Shown piece by piece: positions 48,501 through 60,224 of a DNA stretch of 64,000 nt (the stretch's first letter is position 1; each line of letters opens with the position of its first letter). Below the pieces are notes generated by a model. It was not told the origin of the DNA. It did not search any database and was given only the letters and a program-made list of their open reading frames with translations. Origin of the DNA: Macrostomum hystrix (taxonomy: Eukaryota > Animalia > Platyhelminthes); NCBI GenBank assembly GCA_950097015.1, contig CATNEN010000038.1:11470001-11534000 (forward strand). Reading direction: 5' to 3'. The translations under genes and the position numbers were made by a program.

Positions 48501-51500
48501 AAGCTAATAATATGCCAACACGGCACTGCCATAAAGGCTGCAACAGCTGGTGTCTCTATTACTTCTGTGGTGTAACCAGACCACAGGCACTTTTTATTTC
48601 ACTCTGGATTTGTCAGGCTTCAGTAGAGCTACTGAAGTTTAATTGATTGACATATGGACCAAAACCAGCGTGTGGTCGAGAACTTGCACAGGGCTTGCAT
48701 AGTTTCCTTATTTTGAGTCTGCGAAGTAAGAGACCGTCTCTATGGAAGGAAAAGAGGAAAGACTTTGTAGCCTTGTGGTTAGAGCGTCGGACTCACGACA
48801 TGAAGGTCGGGGGTTCGATTCCCGACTCAACTAACACAATTTGTGTCCTTTAGCAAGACACTTCACTCTACAATGCTACAGATCGCCCAGCTGTTTAATG
48901 GGTACCAGCAACAGCTGGGGTAATTTAGGGTGGGTGTGACGTCCCCCAGTCCATGGACTGAACAGCCGTACGCAGCCTGGCAGTAGCTCCGCGCATTAGC
49001 TGCGGCTGTGCTGTCGGCTGCACATCTGTCCCAATAGGGCAAGGTGTAATCAATTATTATTTTTTAAGGACATTAACTGTTCCACTGGAGTCAAGAATCG
49101 AACCCCCGACCTTCAAGTCGTGAATCCGACGCTCTAATACCTGGGGCTCACTCCAGCAATGACCCCTCACCTGGAATAGGTGACAGCCAGAGTGCAGGGG
49201 CATGTTTCGCTGTACCAGGGCGACGTGCCAAACTCGGACACCGAGCCCACAGTCAAAGTGTAGATGCTGTTAGCGTAGCCGTCGACATTGCAGTTGTCGC
49301 CAGAGTTGCCGCCGTTCCCGCTGGCCCAGACGAAAATGGAGCCGCGGCCGTGTCTGCCCCGCTCGGCGCCGTCTCTCAGCGCCTTTTGCACCAGGTACCC
49401 GGGACCTTCAATAGTTCGACCATCGTCCGGAGGTCCCCAGCTGGCCGAGTACACATCGACGTGTTGGGGCCGATAGGACAGGGCTGTAGCTTCCACTGCG
49501 TCTGTGACCTGACCATCTAGCATGCGAATTGCTGCAAATGTGTGAAAAATTTAGCTTCTTAGAAAATCAGAGGAAGGAAGGAAGGAAGGAAGGAAGGAAG
49601 GAAGGAAGGAAGGAAGGAAGGAAGGAGGGAAGGAAGGAAGGAAGGAACGAAGGAAGGAAGGAAGGAAGGAAGGAAGGAAGGAAGGAAGGAAGGAAGGAAG
49701 GAAGGAAGGAAGGAAGGAGGGAAGGAAGGAAGGAAGGAACGAAGGAAGGAAGGAAGGAAGGAAGGAAGGAAGGAAGGAAGGAAGGAAGGAAGGAAGGAAG
49801 GAAGGAAGGAAGGAAGGAAGGAAGGAAGGAAGGAAGGAAGGAAGGAAGGAAGGAAGGAAGGAAGGAAGGAAGGAAGGAAGGAAGGAAGGAAGGAAGGAAG
49901 GAAGGAAGGAAGGAAGGAAGGAAGGAAGGAAGGAAGGAAGGAAGGAAGGAAGGAAGGAAGGAAGGAAGGAAGGAAGGAAGGAAGGAAGGAAGGAAGGAAG
50001 GAAGGAAGGAAGGAAGGAAGGAAGGAAGGAAGGAAGGAAGGAGGGAAGGAAGGAAGGAAGGAACGAAGGAAGGAAGGAAGGAAGGAAGGAAGGAAGGAAG
50101 GAAGGAAGGAAGGAAGGAAGGAAGGAAGGAAGGAAGGAGGGAAGGAAGGAAGGAAGGAACGAAGGAAGGAAGGAAGGAAGGAAGGAAGGAAGGAAGGAAG
50201 GAAGGAAGGAAGGAAGGAAGGAAGGAAGGAACGAAGGAAGGAAGGAAGGAAGGAAGGAAGGAAGGAAGGAAGGAAGGAAGGAAGGAAGGAAGGAAGGAAG
50301 GAAGGAAGGAAGGAAGGAAGGAAGGAAGGAACGAAGGAAGGAAGGAAGGAAGGAAGGAAGGAAGGAAGGAAGGAAGGAAGGAAGGAAGGAAGGAAGGAAG
50401 GAAGGAAGGAAGGAAGGAAGGAAGGAAGGAAGGAAGGAAGGAAGGAAGGAAGAGGCACGTGAACTGTACCTCCGATTCGAGCTCCAAATGCAACTCCAGG
50501 GATGCACATTGAGTTGTTGCTGGAAGCAGCAATTAGTCCGGCACACCTGGTGCCGTGTCTTAAAGGTAGGTAGTTTTTTGTTTGAAATAATTATCGACAT
50601 ATTACTATCTACGAAATGGGTTTAAAAGTCGTTGCACCTGTTTTGATTGTTCGCTGTGTCTCTGAATGTAGGATCAAAGTCTCGCCCGTTGACGTCGTAA
50701 GAGGCATCGGGGTCCTAAAATTTGAATTTTTCACAATGCGAATCATCTAACTCGCCAACTGGGTTCTTCCAGCTTTCAAAACATCGAAATCGTCGAGATA
50801 TTCACAGATTCTCGTCGCAAGAACCTCGAATATATAGTCACAATTTTTCTGCTCTTAAAATTTCATTATGTAATCGACAGGTGCAAAATCTCACGTAGTT
50901 CTTGACTAGATCAGGGTGTCGCAAGTCGATGCCATCGTCCAGCACAGTGGCCACAACTCCCTGACCCGTGACACCCTGGCTCCACACGGACATGATGTTC
51001 ATGCTGGGCTTGCGATCTGCATCCTTGAGATCGTTCTAGAACACGATTGTGAGCCGAATTAAAGCTCATTTTACAATGTCGTCAAATGAAAGTAAAGCTG
51101 CTAATAGTACAACTTACAATGTACCACATCATTGGCCACAGTGGGTCATTATAGACGGACCTCTTAACTCGGCGCTTCGCAATCTGCTTCTCAGCCCACA
51201 GCACCTGAAGAAAAAAATTGATTTGTTTTTCATGGAGGAGTCTAACAGCCTCTAGTAAGTGTCTAACAGCCTCTAGTAAGTGTCTAACAGCCTCTAGTAA
51301 GTGTCTAACAGCCTCTAGTAAGTGTCTAACAGCCTCTAGTAAGTCTCTAACAGCCTCTAGTAAGTCTCTAACAGCCTCTAGTAAGTGTCTAACAGCCTCT
51401 AGTAAGTGTCTAACAGCCTCTAGTAAGTGTCTAACAGCCTCTAGTAAGTGTCTAACAGCCTCTAGTAAGTGTCTAACAGCCTCTAGTAAGTGTCTAACAG

Positions 51501-53705
51501 CCTCTAGTAAGTGTCTAACAGCCTCTAGTAAGTGTCTAACAGCCTCTAGTAAGTGTCTAACAGCCTCTAGTAAGTGTCTAACAGCCTCTAGTAAGTGTCT
51601 AACAGCCTCTAGTAAGTGTCTAACAGCCTCTAGTAAGTGTCTAACAGCCTCTAGTAAGTGTCTAACAGCCTCTAGTAAGTGTCTAACAGCCTCTAGTAAG
51701 TGTCTAACAGCCTCTAGTAAGTGTCTAACAGCCTCTAGTAAGTGTCTAACAGCCTCTAGTAAGTGTCTAACAGCATCTAGTAAGTGTCTAACAGCCTCTA
51801 GTAAGTGTCTAAAAGCCTCTAGTAAGTGTCTAACAGCCTCTAGTAAGTGTCTAACAGCCTCTAGTAAGTGTCTAACAGCCTCTAGTAAGTGTCTAACAGC
51901 CTCTAGTAAGTGTCTAACAGCCTCTAGTAAGTGTCTAACAGCCTCTAGTAAGTGTCTAACAGCCTCTAGTAAGTGTCTAACAGCCTCTAGTAAGTGTCTA
52001 ACAGCCTCTAGTAAGTGTCTAACAGCCTCTAGTAAGTGTCTAACAGCCTCTAGTAAGTGTCTAACAGCCTCTAGTAAGTGTCTAACAGCCTCTAGTAAGT
52101 GTCTAACAGCCTCTAGTAAGTGTCTAACAGCCTCAAGTAAGTCTCTAACAGCCTCTAGTAAGTGTCTAACAGCCTCTAGTAAGTGTCTAACAGCCTCTAG
52201 TAAGTGTCTAACAGCCTCTAGTAAGTGTCTAACAGCCTCAAGTAAGTCTCTAACAGCCTCTAGTAAGTCTCTAACAGCCTCTAGTAAGTGTCTAACAGCC
52301 TCTAGTAAGTGTCTAACAGCCTCTAGTAAGTCTCTAACAGCCTCTAGTAAGTGTCTAACAGCCTCTAGTAAGTGTCTAAAAGCCTCTAGTAAGTGTCTAA
52401 CAGCCTCTAGTAAGTGTCTAAAAGCCTCTAGTAAGTGTCTAACAGCCTCTAGTAAGTGTCTAACAGCCTCTAGTAAGTGTCTAACAGCATCTAGTAAGTG
52501 TCTAACAGCCTCTAGTAAGTGTCTAACAGCCTCTAGTAAGTGTCTAACAGCCTCTAGTAAGTGTCTAACAGCATCTAGTAAGTGTCTAACAGCCTCTAGT
52601 AAGTGTCTAACAGCATCTAGTAAGTGTCTAACAGCCTCTAGTAAGTGTCTAACAGCCTCCTGCAAGGTTCTCACCCTCGAGTCTCCGAACAAGCGACTCT
52701 CTCTGAACTGCGCAGACCGTCGCGTTAGCTGTCGACCTCTCCGAGTGAGGTGATAAATGCCTGGAATTATCTGAAAGCATTTTTTTCAAACGCAACTGGT
52801 TCAAAAATCAATTAGCAATGACAGCTGACTGTGCCATCACATTTGCTGTCTTCAGAGAATCCCATGCCCCATATTGATTAACTAATAGCTCACAATACTA
52901 TTGACATTATCGATTGTGTCAGACTGACAGTACTGGAAGGATGGGCGCCCTGATGTTTACTTTTTTCTAGATTTAGTATTTTTGGTTCCGTAGCTGTACC
53001 AATCTACCACCCCATAGTTGTACCAATCTACCACTCCATAGTTGTACCAATCTACCACCCCATAGTTGTACCAATCTACCACCCCATAGTTGTACCAATC
53101 TACCACTCCATAGTTGTACCAATCTGCCTTTCCATAGTTGTACCAATCTACCACCCCATAGTTGTACCAATCTACCACCCATAGTTGTACCAATCTGCCT
53201 CTCCATAGTTGTACCAATCTACCACTCCATAGTTGTACCAATCTGCCTTTCCATAGTTGTACCAATCTACCACCCCATAGTTGTAACAATCTACCACCCA
53301 TAGTTGTACCAATCTACCACCCCATAGTTGTAACAATCTACCACCCATAGTTGTACCAATCTACCACCCCATAGTTGTACCAATCTTCCACCCCATAGTT
53401 GTACAAGTGAGCCTCCTCGTAGTTGTACCAATCTGCCTCCGCGTAGAGTCAAATAGTCGAGCAACTCAGCACTAGAAATAATTTCATCAATCCAACTCGC
53501 GTCCACTCACCTCGCCCAGTAACTGGAAGCCGTGCTGTCGGGCTAATAGTCGGGCTGTGCGCTCGCCTCCAGCACACTTGACAGCCCAACTGCCATTGTC
53601 ATCAGCTGCTGTCACTGTTGAACTTTTTGAAGCTTTCATCTGAACAAAGCTACTGATTTCGCCTACAGCTAGCAGCAGCAGCAGCAGCAGCAATGAAGAT
53701 GACAT
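45517..53705 (-). CDS. Furin/kexin-type proprotein convertase (S8B), ~649 aa; exons 53705-53511, 52770-52675, 51204-51118, 51035-50895, 50714-50638, 50558-50470, 49531-49171, 47819-47276, 46727-46625, 45773-45517
   Basis: All nine GT-AG introns are phase-compatible. Signal peptide; prodomain ending RRVKR; catalytic VLDDG, HGTRCAG, WASGNGG and GTSASAP; P domain with [23 protein letters not shown] and W.LLLYGT; hydrophobic C-terminus. Confidence 0.96.
45805..46102 (-). mobile_element. SINE family A, full length, in the last convertase intron
   Basis: Reverse complement of the 5310 element. Confidence 0.92.
46380..46550 (-). mobile_element. SINE family B fragment
   Basis: GACACTAGACCCGCAGCCAGCGAGGAGGC is shared with the other copies. 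Confidence 0.82.
46785..47082 (+). mobile_element. SINE family B, near full length
   Basis: Runs from head GCGTTTGCCTCTCGCAACAAGGTCCCTGAGCTCGA to tail GTGCCATTGCCCGCAG. Confidence 0.9.
47085..47270 (-). mobile_element. SINE family A, internally deleted, abutting the exon 8 donor
   Basis: Head, CORE-like remnants and tail are recognisable. Confidence 0.8.
47855..48220 (-). mobile_element. SINE family B, full length with (TTA)n tail
   Basis: tRNA-like head, internal (GT)-rich segment, 3' stem-loop and tail. Confidence 0.9.
48765..49060 (+). mobile_element. SINE family A, full length
   Basis: Head TGTAGCCTTGTGGTTAGAGCGTCGGACTCACGAC..GGTTCGATTCCC, CORE-like centre and tail. Confidence 0.92.
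49065..49140 (-). mobile_element. SINE family A, head only
   Basis: Reverse complement of the tRNA-like head. Confidence 0.85.
49572..50452. repeat. (GGAA)n microsatellite, ~220 units, filling convertase intron 6
   Basis: Direct reading; rare GGAG/CGAA variants. Confidence 0.99.
51240..52659. repeat. 21 bp minisatellite (GTAAGTGTCTAACAGCCTCTA), ~68 copies, filling convertase intron 2
   Basis: Near-perfect array with no indels seen. Confidence 0.98.
52990..53440. repeat. 23-24 bp minisatellite (GTTGTACCAATCTACCACCCCATA), ~19 copies, convertase intron 1
   Basis: Tandem copies visible. Confidence 0.95.
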
Positions 53706-54466
53706 GGAGAACCAGTGCGGAATTTAATAGGCTAGGCTAGCCAGCGGCCATTAGATTTCTGGCTAACCGCATGGACAAACTTGAGGAAGTGCTGGAGACA
53801 ACTAAAACTCTGATTCACAATAAGTAATGAAAATTGTGGAAAGAAGCTTAGAAATATATATATATATGTATATGCATGCTGGTCGTTTATTCACACACTG
53901 GCTGAATAGCGAAACCAACAGAACAGAAACGGAGAGAGAGAGGTAGAGCGGACGAAGGGGACACGCGCGTAGAGAGGGGACTGGAATGGGGGGGTGTCGG
54001 GTCTCTGCATACAGCTTAGAGAAATCCCATTCAGCAGCGTTTAACTCCGTCCCTTACAATTCTCCCACCCCATTCACCATGCAGCGGGCAACCCCAAGAA
54101 ATGCAATGCCAATCTAAATCCCTTAAAATTGCCCCAAAATTTCCCCGCGACCGGATCGGACGCCAACCTCACTCCCCCGGGGGCGCGACCTCCGCCTGCC
54201 TCACCTCCCCCTACCCGCCTCACCCGACCCTGGACCATAGAGCACAAATACACTGGTTGGATAGGGAGTCATAGGAGACGTGGAAATACTTGGAGAAAAA
54301 GTCAAACAACTTCTGTTCCGTCCGACCGATTTTCAAAATATTTGTTTCATTAGAATGCTTATTAAATTATCTACATTATCAGAGAATATTGATTGTCTGG
54401 CTATTTTCATTAGCGAGCTGCACTCAATAAAACTTTAAGTTGCTGTTGTGCTGTGACGTAAGTTGC

Positions 54467-55030
54467 TGTGAGACGGGGGAGAGATGAGACGGGGAGAGAT
54501 GAGACGGGGGAGAGATGAGACAGGGGAGTGATGAGACAGGGGAGTGATGAGACGGGGAGAGATGAGACGGGGGAGTGATGAGACGGGGGAGAGATAAGAC
54601 AGGGAGAGATAAGACAGGGGAGATATGAGACAGTGGAGAGATGAGACAGGGGAGATATGAGACAGTGGAGATATGAGACAGTGTAGAGATGAGACAGGGG
54701 AGAGATGAGACAGGGGAGAGATGAGACAGGGGAGAGATGAGACAGGGGAGAGATGAGACAGGGGAGAGATGAGACGGGGGAGTGATGAGACGGGGGAGAG
54801 ATAAGACAGGGAGAGATAAGACAGGGGAGATATGAGACAGTGGAGAGATGAGACAGGGGAGATATGAGACAGTGGAGATATGAGACAGTGTAGAGATGAG
54901 ACAGGGGAGAGATGAGACAGGGGAGAGATGAGACAGGGGAGAGATGAGACAGGGGAGAGATGAGACAGGGGAGAGATGAGACAGGGGAGAGATGAGACAG
55001 GGGAGAGATGAGACAGGGGAGTGATGAGAT
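54467..55030. repeat. 16 bp minisatellite (GGGGAGAGATGAGACA), ~35 copies; same unit family as 37740-39860
   Basis: Tandem copies with the shared GAGAGATGAGAC core. Confidence 0.95.
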
Positions 55031-55679
55031 AAGCGAACAGTTAAAAGATTTTTAAGGCTTTATGGCCATGTAATTAGTGTTTCAATATTGGTTTCATTCC
55101 TGAATAATAAACGATGATTACAGGTTTTATTTAGAGGCATATAAAGCTTAATCTTATCAAAAAAATCGAACACATTTTTAGAAATTCACAGCAAATTTAG
55201 AATTAAAAAGTTTTATCGATTCAGTTAAAGCCATTAAGATCTAAATTGCTTTATTCTACTTAAAGTAGGCTAATTTGCACATGCTGTTCGATGTTTGAGT
55301 TAGTAGAAGAATGTTGCAAAGAAAGGCACAGTTGCACATACATTGCTCGTAGATTATGTGCATCAGCTGATTGTTGCGACATATGATGGCCGAAAAAAGA
55401 TGCGATTCTCAGTATTGCTTTTCGTGAAAATCGTTTTCGCTTATCCCATTAGAGAAAATCCCTTTCGATATCAAATGAGGATGTGAGTCTGAGGATGACT
55501 CAGAGAGAGCCCGGGGATAATTGCCCCCAACAGCCTGACAGAATTGTGGCTGACTCATCAGGAAATATATTTGTAACTGCAGTCGAGTTCGAGTGAAATT
55601 TATGCGCTGGAAATTCCTTGCATGACAAAATCCGAGGAAAAATCATTTTATTGCTGATCTCTGATCTCTGGGCAAGAGT

Positions 55680-56720
55680 AGTGGGAAATCTAGAAAATAG
55701 GTTGGGATTTTTAAGAAAAAGCTGAAGGATTTCTAGTAAAAGACAGTGGCATTTCTAGGAAAAGGCAGTGGGATTTCCAGGAAAGGGCAGGGGCATTTCC
55801 AGGAAAGGGCAGGGGCATTTCTAGGAAAGGCAGTCGGATTTACAGGAAATGGCAGTGGGATTTCCAGGAAAGGGCAGTGGCATTTCTACGAAAAGGCAGT
55901 CAGATTTCCAGGAAAGGCTGTGGGATTTCTAGGAAAGGCAGTCGGATTTCCATGAAAGGGCAGTGGGATTTCTAGGAAAAAGCAGTGGGATTTCCAGGAA
56001 AGGGCAGGGGCATTTCTAGGAAAGGCAGTCGGATTTACAGGAAATGGCAGTGGGATTTCCAGGAAAGGGCAGTGGCATTTCTACGAAAAGGCAGTCAGAT
56101 TTCCAGGAAAGGCTGTGGGATTTCTAGGAAAGGCAGTCGGATTTCCATGAAAGGGCAGTGGGATTTCTAGGAAAGAGCAGTGGGATTTCCAGGAAAGGGC
56201 AGGGGCATTTCTAGGAAAAGGCAGTCGGATTTCCAGGATAGGGCAGTGGGATTTCCAGGAAAGGGCAGTGGCATTTCTAGGAAAAGGCAGTCGGATTTCC
56301 AGGAAAGGCTGTGGGATTTCTAGGAAAAGGCAGTCGGATTTCCAGGAAAGGCTGTGGGATTTCTAGGAAAAGGCAGTCGGATTTCCAGGAAAGGCTGTGG
56401 GATTTCTAGGAAAAGGCAGTCGGATTTCCATGAAAGGGCAGTGGGATTTCTAGGAAAAAGCTGTGGGATTTCCTGGAAAGGGCAGTGGCATTTCTAGGAA
56501 AAGGCAGTCGGATTTCCAGGAAAGGCTGTGTGATTTCTAGGAAAAAGCAGTGGGATTTCCAGGAAAGGGCAGGGGAATTTCTAGGAAAAGGCAGTCGGAT
56601 TTCCAGGAAAGGCTGTGGGATTTCTAGGAAAAGGCAGTCGGATTTCCAGGAAAGGCTGTGAGATTTCTAGGAAAGGGCAGTCGGATTTCCAGGAAAGGCT
56701 GTGGGATTTCTAGGAATTAG
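55680..56720. repeat. 22-23 bp minisatellite (GGGATTTCCAGGAAAGGGCAGT / GATTTCTAGGAAAAGGCAGTCG)
   Basis: Alternating variant units around a TTTC(C/T)AGGAAA quasi-palindrome; edges decay. Confidence 0.95.
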
Positions 56721-57649
56721 GCACTTGGATGTCTAGGAAAGGTGTGTGGATTTGTAAGAAAGGATGTCGAAATATAATTTAAAGCTGAGGGATTTCTAAG
56801 ACAGGCGTTGGTGGGATTTTTAGCGAAGGCAGTTGGGTTTCATGCAGACTGTAATTTCCAGGAAAGGTGGTAGAATTTTTAGGTAAAAACTGTGAAATTT
56901 CTAGCAAGGGCAGTGGTCTGTCTCTAGGATATAGTCAAATTTCACTGAGAAAGAAAGGTACGATTGCACTATCAACAAATAGCATTGCAATTCAATTCTC
57001 TGCACTTTTTTTTAGAATACCGTTAGATTCTCATAGTTTTGTAACGATAATCTTCGAAAGCGTATACAAGTGTTCCCTACCAAAATAAGTTATACATCTG
57101 GCCATTTTCAGTCTAAAGTGCAGATTTAAAAGTTCGCGCTTAACCTTGCTGTTTATTGGCTTGCGGCTTCACGGTAAATGCTGATATAGCTCTGTCTGCG
57201 TGGGATTAGGGTAGGAAAGCACTGATAGGCTTCCATTTACTTATTTGGCCATCTGAAAATGGGCGCAGCTTATTTTTCAGCTAGTCATCGCTTGGAACGC
57301 TTGGAACAGGGAAAATGATTGAGCGTGTCTCCCGTGGTTCAGGGGGTCCAGGATCTGAACGAAGGTCAGTTTCTCTCTGTCTATGCTAGAAAGAATTGAG
57401 GGCAAGATTGTTAAGTCTTCAGAATTGAAAAAAGAAGAAATGCACCGACAAGGAAATAGAAAGGAAAGGAAAAGTCTCTCCCGTGTTGGTTGCTAGGCAC
57501 CTGTAGTCTGTCTAACACTGCCCCGTTTCTAAAGCAAGAAATAGACAAAACGAACAGGTAGGGATTGAAGGGAAGGAAGGGAAGAAATTAAGGGGTAAAG
57601 AGAATGAGAATTGAGAAAATAAAATGGGATTATTGAGGTTAGAAGACAG

Positions 57650-58470
57650 AGGAGAGAGAAGTTAGAGGACAAGAGAGAGTGGGGGTAGAGGACATGGGAG
57701 AGTGGGGGTAGAGGACAAGGGAGAGTGGGGTTAGAGGACATGGGAGAGTGGGGGTAGAGGACATGGGAGAGTGGGGGGTAGAGGACATGGGAGAGTGGGG
57801 GTAGAGGACATGGGAGAGTGGGGGGTAGAGGACATGGGAGAGTGGGGGTAGAGGACATGGGAGAGTGGGGGTAGAGGACATGGGAGAGTGGGGGGTAGAG
57901 GACATGGGAGAGTGGGGGTAGAGGACATGGGGGAGTGGGGGTAGAGGACATGGGAGAGTGGGGGTAGAGGACATGGGAGAGTGGGGGGTAGAGGACATGG
58001 GAGAGTGGGGGTAGAGGACATGGGGGAGTGGGGGGTAGAGGACAAGGGAGAGTGGGGTTAGAGGACATGGGAGAGTGGGGGTAGAGGACATGGGAGAGTG
58101 GGGGGTAGAGGACATGGGAGAGTGGGGGTAGAGGACATGGGAGAGTGGGGGGTAGAGGACATGGTAGAGTGGGGTAGAGGACATGGGAGAGTGGGGGTAG
58201 AGGACATGGGAGAGTGGGGGGTAGAGGACATGGGAGAGTAGGGGTAGAGGACGTGGTAGAGGGATAGAGGATAGGGGAGAGTGGGGTAGAGGACACGGGG
58301 GAGTGGGGTAGAGGACACGGGGGAGTGGGATAGAGGACACGGGGGAGTGGGGTAGAGGACACGGGGGAGTGGGGTAGAGGACACGGGGGAGTGGGGTAGA
58401 GGACACGGGGGAGTGGGGTAGAGGACACGGGGGAGTGGGGTAGAGGACACGGTAGAGTGTGTAGAAGACA
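57650..58470. repeat. 22-24 bp G-rich minisatellite (GGGAGAGTGGGGGTAGAGGACAT)
   Basis: Tandem copies with G3-G6 runs. Confidence 0.96.
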
Positions 58471-58809
58471 TTCGAGAATAAAGGTAGAGGAATGTTAAAA
58501 AAATCCAATAGCAGGTACTTGTACCCCCAGGATCATCACTAGGCATCATGGCCTCTGATCTGTTTGAAGCAAAAGCCTTATTGCAGTTTATAGATTAGAG
58601 GAGCGAAGAGGGAATCAGATCTAGCAGGTTCCGCTTTATATACCGGACGCATTTGCGTGTGTATGCGTGTGTGCCAGCGATAAGGGGAACGTGCTTCAAT
58701 ATCTTGTTGGCGCGAGTGTCTGGCAGCTTGCTCTGTGTAACTGAAGGCTAATTCATGGAAAACTGCCTCTTCGTTCGGAATGCCAACAGCTTTTCCTGTT
58801 TCCAATCTT

Positions 58810-59500
58810 CTACCTATCATCCATTCTACCCCTGATCCATTCTACCCGTGATCCATTCTACCCCTGATCCATTCTACCTCTGATCCATTCTACCCCTGAT
58901 CCATTCTACCCCTGATCCATTCTACCCCTGATCCATTCTACCCGTGATCCATTCTACCCCTGATCCATTCTACCCCTGATCCATTCTACCCCTGATCCAT
59001 TCTACCCCTGATCCATTCTACCCCTGATCCATTCTACCCCTGATCCATTCTACCCCTGATCCATTCTACCCCTGATCCATTCTACCCCTCACCATTCTAC
59101 CCGTCATCCATTCTACCCATCAGCCATTCTACCCGTGATCCATTCTACCCCTGATCCATTCTACCCATCACCATTCTACCCGTCATCCATTCTACCCATC
59201 AGCCATTCTACCAGTGATCCATTCTACCCCTGATCCATTCTACCCCTGATCCATTCTACCCGTGATCCATTCTACCCGTCATCCATTCTACCCGTCATCC
59301 ATTCTACCCATCACCATTCTACCCGTCATCCATTCTACCCCTGATCCATTCTACCCATCATCCATTCTACCCCTGATCCATTCTACCCCTGATCCATTCT
59401 ATAATACCTATCATTCATTCTACCCATCATCCATTCTACCCATTCTACACTTTATCCATTCTACAACTCATTCATTCTACCCCTCTCGATTCTACCCCTA
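58810..59500. repeat. 16 bp minisatellite (CCATTCTACCCCTGAT), decaying rightwards to ~59730
   Basis: Tandem copies visible. Confidence 0.95.
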
Positions 59501-60224
59501 TTCATTCTGAGCATATCTTTTCTACGACCCCATTCATCCATTATATTCCACCCCATTCTACTTCCCTCTCGCATTCAACCCTATCTCATTCTACACTCTC
59601 TCATTCTACACTCTTTCATACTTACACTCTCTCAGTCTATCTAGCAGAAATTCTATCCATTTGCTTCTAATTGTTTACTCTCTACCCATTTCTCTTCGCA
59701 ATCACAGTCAACCCCTTCTGATTCTACCCTGACAATTTTATTAGCTAGTGAATAATTTCTCACCTGCGGAAATCATTGATAGGATAATTCTTTGACGAAA
59801 ATTTCCCACTTATTTCGCAATTGAGGAAATTTCAATTTTCTTTCAGCGAAGAAGAAGTGGCCATGCCTCATCCGCTAAAAATCTTTAAAAAATGCAGTAA
59901 TTAGCTTCAGTCTAATTCTTGTTTTTCTCTTCTTCTCTTAATTGATCCCCGTGGGAATTTTCCTGAAATATCTCTTCTGCGGAAAATCAAGTGTAAGGTC
60001 AAGATCATCACCCTCGCCTTCGAGTGAAATTTTGAGGGAGCTCAGCGATAATATCAGCTAAAATGCGATAATTTGTCGTTGCATTTCTTCAGCTGCATTG
60101 CTGTGAGAATTTCGATTATTCTGATCTTTTTTCAGGGCTTTGAGGTTTGAGAATATTTTTATAATGGCGTGATCTCACTCTTCATTTAATTTACAAATGT
60201 AGTGAGATCAAAGGTTCTGGTGTT

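Noticed and set aside
48765-48835. tRNA gene-like sequences at SINE heads
   Set aside because: Acceptor and anticodon stems do not pair properly and each continues into SINE body sequence.
49529-50600. ORFs over (GGAA)n; possible second in-frame intron
   Set aside because: Microsatellite translation. Read-through from exon 6 stops at 49559-49561, before the acceptor.
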